A stretch of 64,000 bases of DNA from TPA_inf: Saccharomyces. Its lineage: Eukaryota. Positions within the stretch are counted from its first letter, which is position 1. The number at the start of each line of letters is the position of its first letter. The translations under genes and the position numbers were made by a program. Of this stretch, positions 20,102 through 30,600 are shown piece after piece. Where the stretch lies: contig BK006944.2 in the NCBI GenBank assembly GCA_000146045.2, positions 384,001 to 448,000 on the forward strand, given 5' to 3'. The notes under the pieces were generated by a model that was given only the letters and a program-made list of their open reading frames with translations, made no database searches and was not told where the DNA came from.

Positions 20102-21091
20102 ATGACCACCGTGTCCATCAATAAGCCCAACCTGCTGAAATTCAAGCATGTTAAAAGCTTTCAACCTCAAGAAAAAGACTGCGGACCCGTAACCTCATTG
20201 AATTTCGACGATAATGGCCAGTTTCTACTGACCTCTTCTTCCAACGATACAATGCAATTGTACAGTGCCACGAACTGCAAATTCTTGGACACTATAGCCT
20301 CTAAGAAATATGGCTGTCACTCCGCTATCTTTACGCACGCACAAAACGAATGTATCTATTCCTCTACAATGAAAAATTTTGACATTAAATACCTTAATCT
20401 GGAAACAAACCAATATCTAAGATATTTTTCCGGTCATGGCGCCCTAGTGAATGATTTGAAGATGAACCCCGTGAACGATACGTTTCTATCGTCGTCATAC
20501 GATGAATCCGTTAGGCTTTGGGATTTGAAGATCTCTAAACCGCAAGTTATTATACCAAGTCTCGTACCAAATTGTATCGCATATGATCCAAGTGGCCTTG
20601 TATTCGCATTGGGGAACCCAGAGAATTTCGAAATAGGGCTATATAATCTGAAAAAAATTCAGGAGGGTCCTTTCTTGATAATTAAAATTAATGATGCGAC
20701 TTTCAGTCAATGGAATAAATTAGAATTTTCTAACAATGGAAAGTATTTATTAGTTGGCTCCTCGATAGGAAAGCATTTAATTTTTGACGCATTCACAGGT
20801 CAACAATTATTCGAACTAATAGGAACAAGGGCCTTCCCGATGAGAGAATTTCTAGATTCTGGATCTGCTTGTTTCACACCAGATGGTGAATTCGTCCTTG
20901 GAACCGATTATGACGGTAGGATTGCCATTTGGAATCATTCTGATTCAATAAGTAACAAAGTATTAAGGCCGCAAGGGTTCATTCCCTGTGTTTCTCATGA
21001 GACCTGCCCCAGGTCAATTGCATTCAACCCTAAATATTCGATGTTTGTTACCGCAGACGAAACAGTAGATTTTTACGTGTACGATGAATGA
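20102..21091 (+). CDS. SWD2: WD40 subunit of COMPASS and the APT/CPF complex (YKL018W), 329 aa
   Basis: WD40 repeats throughout; 329 aa. Confidence 0.9.
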   Translation: MTTVSINKPNLLKFKHVKSFQPQEKDCGPVTSLNFDDNGQFLLTSSSNDTMQLYSATNCKFLDTIASKKYGCHSAIFTHAQNECIYSSTMKNFDIKYLNLETNQYLRYFSGHGALVNDLKMNPVNDTFLSSSYDESVRLWDLKISKPQVIIPSLVPNCIAYDPSGLVFALGNPENFEIGLYNLKKIQEGPFLIIKINDATFSQWNKLEFSNNGKYLLVGSSIGKHLIFDAFTGQQLFELIGTRAFPMREFLDSGSACFTPDGEFVLGTDYDGRIAIWNHSDSISNKVLRPQGFIPCVSHETCPRSIAFNPKYSMFVTADETVDFYVYDE

Positions 21092-21189
21092 CTGCTGCTA
21101 CTGCATTGATATACTAGAGGATATAATATATAACGAACATTTTTTACCTACTGTATAACGACGTATACTCTATACATCTTGTGTATTCT

Positions 21190-23241
21190 TTACAAATAAT
21201 CGTCAATGTTGGGGTACCTTACGTCAGCGTTCTCTTCACACCATTCTGACCAACTTTTTAGGTACTTGTTACCGCACCTTTGCAGAACTTCTATATTGCC
21301 AACAACAACTAGTTGCCTTCTGGGTCTTGTCATGGCGACGTTCAGTCTTCGTTCTTCCTTAAGGAAACCAACTTCAAATTTTTCATTGCTACGAACTAAA
21401 CTCAATATGATAACATCTTTTTCACGGCCCTGGAACCCATCTACAGTTGATATTTCAATATCAGTTAATTTTAATTCATCATGGATCAATTTTTTCAGAT
21501 GAGAAACTTGTGCATTGTATGGAGAAATAACACCTATAGAGTTCTCCGGGACGTTGAATGACCTTAAATTCTCAATGTGTTCTTTTACAATGGCAATTTC
21601 GCCCTCATTATACTTAGATCCAAGGATAGTAGCTTCATCTGCAGTCTCTTGAAATTCATCACCTTGCGTATCATACCAAATTAAAGGAATTTTTGTATCG
21701 TCATCATCCTCAGATGGCGTAGCATCGACGGTCGGTAGGTCTATCAAAAGTCTGTTCGCGACCGTTGCATCGGCCAATAGTTTCCCATTATACATTGAGT
21801 GCGATGGAAATTCCATAATTTTTTGATTCATCCTGTATTGAACGTTAAGAAATTTTACCATATCCCTTTTCGGGAATATTTTGATTATTCTGTCAAATAG
21901 TGTGGTTTCCAAATTGTGAATGACATTTTTGTCGTCTTCTGTTTTGATTGTGGGTGGCAATTGTTTATTGTCACCAGCAAGGACTAGTTTGTGGAACTGA
22001 TTTTGATGTGCAATTAGTGGGATCCAGCATTGTGGTTCCATGGCCTGTGAGACTTCATCGATGATCAAGGTATCGAAAAGCTGGAAATTTGGATCATCTC
22101 TATAAAGGGAGCATAGTTCTCTCGATGATGAACCGTGTAAAGTGGTGACGACTATTCTCGATTGTATTATTAAGTCCTTAATGGTTTTGAACTCTCTTTT
22201 CTTTAAATCTTTGCGCAGCAGTTTAATTTCGTTCCAGTTTTCTTTACGTTGCTTATAGTTTTTTAGTTTTTTATTCTCCTGAATTAATTTGTCAATCTCC
22301 TGGGAAATGTCCTTCACAATAGTATTCTTTTTACTAAGTATATCAAGAGAGTGTCTTTTATTAGAGTCTAATAGCCTAGCAGGATGACCGATTCTTAATA
22401 ATAAATTATTCGGCACAAGAGGCGTTAGCCTCTCCAGAATCGTATCCACAGAAATATTGGAAGGCCCACAAATTAAGATTCTCTCCTCAGGATTTTTAAT
22501 TAGCAATTGCTGGATCAATTCAATTAATGTGAATGTTTTACCCGTACCAGGAGGACCATGTATAATGGTCAAGTCATTGTTAATGGCAAAATTAATGGCA
22601 GTTTTCTGGGAGTCATTCAGATTCGGGTTTAAAAAAGATTTAATGTTTTGAAAGCTGTTTGTATTGGGGATGAAGGGGCGTTCGTTTACCAAGTATTGTA
22701 TAATTTTGTCTTGTATGGGTGAACTAATTTCAGACAGTTTTCTCATTGTGGATTCCATTCTATTATACGTGACGACATTGGTAGTCTTTAAAATGTAAAG
22801 TTTGCTATAAGAATAAAATGTGGTAGCAATAACATCTTGAGATTCTTCTAGAGCTATGGTGATTTGAGTATCACTCATTTTGTAGACAACGCCTGAGCAT
22901 TCCGCTTGCTCGCCATTGGAGTCTTCAGACACCTTTTTGACTTTGGGCTTAGTCTTGGTATTTACTTTGGTTTTTGCAGGGCGTACCAAAACAATATCAC
23001 CAACCTTAATATCACCCCTTTGAATTTTGTCGTTAACCGCCAAGTTAGGTCCCAGTTCCATATATAATTTGCCAATGAGACCGGATCTTATGTTTTCTAG
23101 ATGTATGTTGTTTATTGCCAAGCCATTTTGCACCAATTGTTGGATAGATAGCGTTGTTAATAGCCTAGAAGTTGTTTGAATGTCTTGTTCACGTTCATGC
23201 TTGATGCTTGATAAAAACTTAGAAGCCAATTCTTTGTTCAT
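21190..23241 (-). CDS. HCS1: DNA helicase A, Upf1-like SF1 helicase (YKL017C), 683 aa
   Basis: Walker A GPPGTGKT; SF1 helicase motifs (DEVSQAME, VLAGDNKQLPPT, GFQGREKDVIILSLVRSN). Confidence 0.9.
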   Translation of the reverse strand: MNKELASKFLSSIKHEREQDIQTTSRLLTTLSIQQLVQNGLAINNIHLENIRSGLIGKLYMELGPNLAVNDKIQRGDIKVGDIVLVRPAKTKVNTKTKPKVKKVSEDSNGEQAECSGVVYKMSDTQITIALEESQDVIATTFYSYSKLYILKTTNVVTYNRMESTMRKLSEISSPIQDKIIQYLVNERPFIPNTNSFQNIKSFLNPNLNDSQKTAINFAINNDLTIIHGPPGTGKTFTLIELIQQLLIKNPEERILICGPSNISVDTILERLTPLVPNNLLLRIGHPARLLDSNKRHSLDILSKKNTIVKDISQEIDKLIQENKKLKNYKQRKENWNEIKLLRKDLKKREFKTIKDLIIQSRIVVTTLHGSSSRELCSLYRDDPNFQLFDTLIIDEVSQAMEPQCWIPLIAHQNQFHKLVLAGDNKQLPPTIKTEDDKNVIHNLETTLFDRIIKIFPKRDMVKFLNVQYRMNQKIMEFPSHSMYNGKLLADATVANRLLIDLPTVDATPSEDDDDTKIPLIWYDTQGDEFQETADEATILGSKYNEGEIAIVKEHIENLRSFNVPENSIGVISPYNAQVSHLKKLIHDELKLTDIEISTVDGFQGREKDVIILSLVRSNEKFEVGFLKEERRLNVAMTRPRRQLVVVGNIEVLQRCGNKYLKSWSEWCEENADVRYPNIDDYL

Positions 23242-23464
23242 TTCCCTCTACTCTTTTTTCTATATTTCTCAAGAGACAACTTTACATCAGCCTTCATATT
23301 TTTGAAATATATGTAACGTACAAGATTTTCTTAGCGTAAGGATATGCAGGCGCACATTTGTGTATATATGACAGTAAGAATGTTTAATTATAATATTTGC
23401 CAGTTATATAAACCTGTGAAAAAAATAATAGAATATGGTGCGTAATATATAGAGGTAAAGGGTA

Positions 23465-23989
23465 CTACATCACATTCAAATTGCCGAATCTGTCCTTGTA
23501 ACCAGGTACGTCCCATTTACCCTTCTTGACCATCTCTTCTACCTTAGCATCAATTTCAGGTTTGATCTTTGTCAGGTCGTCAACAGTTAATTCATCGAAA
23601 GGTCTTGCAGATTGAATATTATCTAAGGTGCTTTGCAAATCCTTTAACTCCTTGGAAACTAAGGATTCTGTCTCCTTGGCGTTGGTCATTGCGTGCTTTT
23701 CAAAAGACTCAATCACTTGTAATTGTTTGGAGGCATCGATTTTGACCGGCTTATATTGCTTAACGTATGATTCTATCTTGTCAATGACTGAAGTGTTTTT
23801 CAACACAGATCTATAATGACTGAAATCTACTTCGGTGGGTTGACTTTGCAGCTCTAGTAATTGTCTACGTGCCTCATCGTTTCTCTTTTTAAAACTCGAT
23901 AATTGAGTGGCAGTCGACCCTGTTATACGTAGAGAAGAGATGACTTTTGCCCAGTCAAGTTTGTTAGCAGCGGATTTGGCCAAAGACAT
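23465..23989 (-). CDS. ATP7: F1F0 ATP synthase subunit d (YKL016C), 174 aa
   Basis: 174 aa, MSLAKSAANKLDWAKV..., ATP synthase d family. Confidence 0.9.
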   Translation of the reverse strand: MSLAKSAANKLDWAKVISSLRITGSTATQLSSFKKRNDEARRQLLELQSQPTEVDFSHYRSVLKNTSVIDKIESYVKQYKPVKIDASKQLQVIESFEKHAMTNAKETESLVSKELKDLQSTLDNIQSARPFDELTVDDLTKIKPEIDAKVEEMVKKGKWDVPGYKDRFGNLNVM

Positions 23990-24248
23990 AGTCGAACAAA
24001 AATATAATTAGGTGATTCTGCAATTAAGTGCACGAAAAATTTCTTTTAAATCCTAAGATTGTTCTTTTGCGTTACGTGTCAATATGAATATATAAACTTA
24101 TATAGAAAAGTATTGTACTAGTAGAAATATGTTTTACACCTACGCTAAGCAGCAAGTGGTAATTGGTGTATCTTTTACTTTTTTGGGGGCATCAAGACAA
24201 ATATCCAATCAAATCGAAGAGAAAATAATTCTTGTAACCCGCTCATTA

Positions 24249-24300
24249 GTCACGTGGTCATCACGTGAGCATAATATATCACGTGATATACACCCATACC
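24249..24300. promoter_or_regulatory. Cluster of three Cbf1/CDEI octamers (RTCACRTG) plus a Rap1-like ACACCCATACC in the ATP7/PUT3 divergent promoter
   Basis: GTCACGTG 24249-56, ATCACGTG 24260-67, ATCACGTG 24278-85, then ACACCCATACC 24290-24300. Confidence 0.6.
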
Positions 24301-24543
24301 TCGTTTATGGGATTGAGTCATCGGATATGTCATTATAAACGATATTTCTCCGCGGCAATGAGGTGGCGAATATTGGAGTAAAAATGAAAACATCCACCAG
24401 GTGCTTGATGATATACTTGACTTCGGCGGCAATTTAAAGCTTTCTAAGCAGCAATTAGTAAGTAACCATTACAATAACGATAAATACGACACTGGTCCAA
24501 CTAACTCATTGATAGGATAATTGCAGTGATCTTAACGAGTTTA

Positions 24544-27483
24544 ATGGTGACCGACCAAGGCAGTAGGCATTCGATACAATCTAAGCAACCAGCCTACGTT
24601 AATAAACAACCGCAAAAAAGGCAGCAGAGATCTTCTGTCGCATGCCTTTCTTGTAGGAAACGTCATATAAAATGTCCTGGTGGTAACCCTTGCCAAAAAT
24701 GTGTTACGAGCAATGCCATATGTGAGTACTTGGAGCCGTCAAAAAAAATTGTTGTGTCGACAAAGTATCTGCAACAACTGCAAAAAGACTTGAATGATAA
24801 AACTGAAGAGAATAACCGCCTGAAAGCTTTGCTCTTGGAGAGACCAGTGAGTGTACGTGGTAAGGATAACAGCGATGATGACGAGAGGCATATAAACAAT
24901 GCACCCTCAAGTGACACATTGGAAGTATCCAGCGCTCCGGCGGCTCCTATATTTGACCTCATGTCCAATAGTAACACTGCGTCCGATAACGATAACGACG
25001 ATGACAACAGCAACAGAATCACAAATAATAGGAGCTATGATCATAGTTTGGAAAAATACTACAAAAAGGCCATCAGCATCTTTAAACAACCAGCTAATGC
25101 TAATGGCGAAAATGGCAACGGTGCCAATGGTCATGAGGATGATGATGAAGATGATGAAGAAATATCAACAAATTTTGCTCAAAGAAGTGGTAGGCTCATA
25201 GAATCTCACAATGGATTCCATTATTTTGTTGGATCTTCTTCAATGACATTATTTGGGTTAGAAATTCAATCTTTGGTTACAAAGTATATTTCGGTCAAGA
25301 ATTTTCGACCTTTGCCAATAAACACCAAAAACAAGATTTTAAATTCAAACCTGAACCCGGCTATAAGTTCTTTTATCAATTCAAACAACTATCTTTTCTC
25401 GTCCTATAATTTTTTGAACCCTATATCGACTATTGTCAACTTAAACTCAATCAACGATAATTTATCTCCATTGATGTTTAAGATAATTTTGAAAAGCGAT
25501 ACGGATGGTAGTAGTGGCCAGGAAGAGGTAATACAGTTTCAGTTGCCTTCGTATAATTACACAAAACTATTAATTGACTGCTTTATAAATTATAACGATG
25601 GTTGTTTTTACTTTTTCAACGAAGGCCTGGTTAAATGTGGCATTAACAAATTGTACTTGGAAAATAAATGGCTATACTATGATAATACCAAAAAAGCTTT
25701 GGACAATGAGAATGATCCAATTTTACAAGCTGTTTGGTTTTGCAAAATTTTGTTAATTTTAGCAGTAGGTGAAATGTATCTGGGTTCCATCAATAATGAA
25801 ATGTTGAAGAATTATTCTAATCAGCCAAAATTGCCCGGTTCAAAATTTTTTCAAATGGGTTCTAAAATTTTTAATTGTTTGTTCTCAAGTGAAAGATTAG
25901 AAAATGTGACTAAGAAAGGCGGTATTGAAGTCCTGTTGTTATACGCGTTCTTCTTACAGGTGGCTGATTACACTTTAGCCTCTTATTTTTACTTCGGTCA
26001 AGCCCTAAGGACGTGCTTAATTCTAGGCTTACATGTTGATTCTCAAAGCGACACTCTATCCAGGTATGAAATCGAGCATCATAGGAGACTTTGGTGGACA
26101 GTTTACATGTTTGAACGAATGCTTAGCTCAAAAGCTGGGTTACCATTAAGTTTCACTGATTATACAATCTCTACAGCACTGCCAGCGGATATTGATGATG
26201 AAACTATCGAAGAGAAAAATAGTCACTATGTTTTCAGAAAGGCAGAATTGATTTCTAACTGCGTTACTATTGTGAAAATCAATGCACAAATTTTGAGCAA
26301 ATTATATCAAAGGCAACCTGAGACAAACATCATAATTACTTTGAAAGTTGTCATCAAGCAGTTGTTGGAATGGAGGAACAATTTGTCCGATTCCTTACAG
26401 GTGGATTTTACGCAAAAGGATGAAGATTTCAAAATATCGAGATTGTCAACCAATATGTTTACGGAATATTTTCAAGGAATAAACTTGGCCGTGAGACCTT
26501 TATTATTTCATTTTGCATCCATTCAATTGAAAAGGTTCAAAACGAGCAATACTTTCGTCAACTTACAAAACTATTCTGCCACAATATCTTCCTTATTAAC
26601 ATGTTCTTTGCATGCTTCTGTGAATACTATTAGGTCTCTGTGGAGTTTATTACAGAATAGTATGCTTGCTATGTTTAGTTATATGGACAGAGAGTATCTT
26701 TTTACTTCTTCTTGTACTTTATTACTATTCAACACTGCTTTTGGTATTCATGAACAAACACTATATCATTTGGATCATTCTCTGGAAATTTTCACACAAA
26801 TGAGAAACTTAGGCAACATTCCAGCAGGCTTAAGAAGAGCACAATTATTAACATTAATGGCAAATTTGGATTTCCACGGCATAATGAATGACTTGATTAC
26901 TAAATATAACGATATTTTGAAATTTGATTCTATGAATTGTGAAAACGATAACATAGTAGAAGATAGCAATGAACCCAAAAGAGAAACCGAAAAGTGTAAA
27001 CCTCACAAAGATGGCGATCGCATTGACCCTTCAATTATAGACTGTGATAAATCAAACACCAATACAAATATGATCAAGAACGAATCTATATCGAACATTG
27101 TTAGCATACTTCCGGAAGGCGCGAAACCAACGCTGACTGATTATAGTAATGGTAATAATGATGTTAATGATATTAACGTCAATAACTCGGAACCTTCTAC
27201 TTTTTTTGATATCATAACTGCGAGCTTGGAAAATTCATACCAAACCACGCTAACTGAAAAGGGCTCTCAGGTGATGGAAAAAAACATGGATCAGTTGGAT
27301 TCCGTTCATAATCTAAATGATGACGATTTACAACAATTGTTGGAGGATTTAGGCAATATTGATCATTCCGATGAAAAACTTTGGAAGGAAATCACTGATC
27401 AAGCAATGTGGCTGGGAAATACTATGGATCCAACTGCAGCTGCTGGTAGTGAAATTGACTTTACTGATTATTTAGGACCATAA
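24544..27483 (+). CDS. PUT3: Proline-utilisation Zn2Cys6 transcription activator (YKL015W), 979 aa
   Basis: Zn2Cys6 cluster [21 protein letters not shown] followed by a coiled-coil dimerisation segment. The track ORF starts 6 codons upstream (24526); I place the start at [10 protein letters not shown]. Confidence 0.9.
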
Positions 27484-27618
27484 CACCATTACAAAGACAA
27501 AGAAGAAAATACTGATTTCTTTGTTTTCTTATGCATATATTATACATTTCGCACATTATATAGAAAAGTGGACATTTAATTCTTCAAATCTTATTTAAAA
27601 TATCTATCACAAGACAGC

Positions 27619-30600
27619 TCATTTACGTAGCCTCTTGACAACATTGTCGCTATCACCTTCTGTCCATAATATTAGCCTTTTTTGTGATTTGACAAGCTCG
27701 TTGTAGCCTAATAGTAGTTTTTCAATTCCGTTTTGTTCTTGGGCTAACCTCAAAGTAGTATTTAATGTACCTCTGTTTTCGTTCCGTAAAGTACCAATGT
27801 TGTTCAGTATATCGTCCTGTGGTAGTCTAGATTTGATGTTATTGTTCAAAACCTCGAAAAACGACACAATACCGTTTCTGCTAATTAAATTCAAACCACC
27901 ATCATCTGCTACCCTTTGGACTTTGTAAAAAATAAAATAGATTAGTTCGCGTAATCTTTCTTTCAAGTATGGCATATTGATCAAGTTTAACAACCATTCA
28001 AATACACCTTTCTTCTCTAACATCTTGTAATCTTCATCCGTTTTAATTCCCTTACAAATGGTTGTTAAAACCCAACTCAATTCTCCATAGTATATTTCCA
28101 TATCAATTTCTTTCTTATTGTCATCTTGTTGTCTCTTATTGTAGGACATCATCACATCAGATACCATAGGGATGTCCCAACTACGTATGGTAGAATTTGA
28201 TAATACCCAGCGGTATGCCTTCTCATGTAAGGGCGCAGTTGGACTTCCCAATAGATCAACAATTCTAGAGATAGAAAACCAAATTAACGGATTGATAGGA
28301 TCTTGATTTTGTTGTCTCTGGTATAAAATCCTTTTAATCAACACTTGGTAAATGCTATTATATTTGATTAAATCGCTATCAGATTCTTTTCTTTCATTAT
28401 CCTTGCTAGTTATTTGCTTTTCAAGATTCATCTGGGCAGTTTTCTTCTCCAAAGAAGAAGCTAAATTTGATAAATGTTCGTAACTTATATTGGCAACGGT
28501 ATGACAATCGCTTAATGAGCAAATAATAAACTGAAATATTTTGCAATCAAGGAAATTTTCAAATTCATATCTGTATGTTACATTGCCCTCGTCATCTTTG
28601 ACCATTTTTACCAGCTCTTTGTTATGGATTATTAATAGCAGTAAAAATAATGGATCGTACATATCAACACCAGATCGTTCGGTATCATCGTAGTACTTTT
28701 TGACTAGGTCACACCTTGTAGTAGCATCATAATTGTTTGTATTAGAATCGGTATATAATTCAGGGACTTGAGGCCTTTCCAATACGTATCTGTCAATGGA
28801 CTTTTTGATCATGTTTTTTTGTAGTGTTAGTATCAACCCCTCCCTTTCTTTGGTAATCAGCCTCGTGTCTCCAATGGCTTCCAAGATTTCTTCCTCTTCG
28901 TCTTTGATAAATTCCCAAGAAAAAATCATGTTTGTCCATGAAGTAGCGGTGTGAGATTCGATAGTTTCTAGAATTTTCAGTATCAACTTGTCGTTACTGG
29001 AAATAGTACCGGAGTAAAAAGTCAATAATTTCTCTTGAACTATTGGCGTCGAATTTACGACCGGGTCGATGCTGAATAAAGAGAATAATATCATTGTGCT
29101 TAAGAACTTTCGATACGATGAATCTTCATCATTGTCTTTAATCATTATTGATGAGTAACTGTCATTGCTTAATAAAAGTTGAACCATTCTTTGCGATTGA
29201 ATTGACTTTTTGCTCACACAAAAAATTAATACAATAACGTATTCAAGAACCTTAATTTGTTTGATCCACTCACTGCCTAGAATAGCCTCTAATTGAGAAT
29301 TAATGATTTTGACATTCAACTTATTTGGTACCTCTTCAAGTTTTAAGAGCTCAGCCATCGCTCTTAGTAACTCAAAAAAAGAATTGGAGATAACTTTTCT
29401 TTCTGAAAGGTACTTTGTAAGGTAAAGAAGAGTTTTATGTAACCATGTTTCTACCCCTGGATAAGTAAAATTATTGTGTGCAGCTATGTATCTTACTGTA
29501 GCAGCATGATATTTATGGTCGCTCTGTGATAAAACACATTTCAAAATTTCATTTCGTTTCGTTTCGTCATAGAAATCAATATAAGTGGTAATCATATTTA
29601 ATATTTCGTCAAAAATCTCACTTTTCGAGGTAGTGTAAGTACTTTTCGCAATTTCATTACCATACTTGGAAATGGTTTCATGCGCAAATGCGCTAAAATC
29701 TTTATCCTGCATGTGCTTGAACAAAGCAGCCGTTGTTACAATACTTAGTAAAGGTGAATCCTTGATCCTCCAGATACTTGGTATGAAAGATGGGAAAGAA
29801 AAATGTTCCCATCTGTAAAAAGCTTTCAGTACTAGATAATTCAAATCACTAGACACAAAACTATTTATCAGAGAAGTAGTTTCTGAAAGGGATAGCTTAC
29901 CCATAGGATCAGATGAAGCATCAACACAAACTTTGTTTTCTTCAAAAAATTTAGCCAAAGAGATGTTTACTTCCTTAATTGAAGCAGGATCTTCATTTGC
30001 AGCTTTGTTCAGTATATTCTTTACAAGGGATATTTTTATAGTTTTTCCTTCGTTGAATAATTTTTGGAGAATGTTTCTTGTGGACTCTAGTTTGGTGCTA
30101 CACATGAGTAGCGAAGTTAAAGCTGAAGTACTTAAATACTCACTAACACTTGTTAAGAAAGCATTTACATCTTCTTTCTGATACAACTCATTATAGTTGG
30201 CATACTCTTCGACATTTTCACCACTAAACACGACTTTTTGAATTATTTCTCGGAATTCCACTAATTGATGGCCTGTTTCAAAGCATACTGCACCGATTAA
30301 ATTGCACATGAACCTTGATTTTTTCATGAGTAGAGCATTTCTTTTTTCAATGGCCAGTTTTGGTAAAGCGAAATTTATATACCTTTCCAAAACTTTGATA
30401 ATTGGGAATTCTGTGTCTGTTACCATGTAGCTAGCAATCTTGCCAGTTAACTCACAGGCAGTTGCTTCGAACCAATTGTCATATACAACAGAATCGTCTT
30501 CTACCAATAACTGAACTCTAAAAAGGATTCCTGCCGCATCTAATTTGTTCACTGGTAATCTAGAAATATTCATTAGATTTTTAGATGGAAGCGCCGAAAT

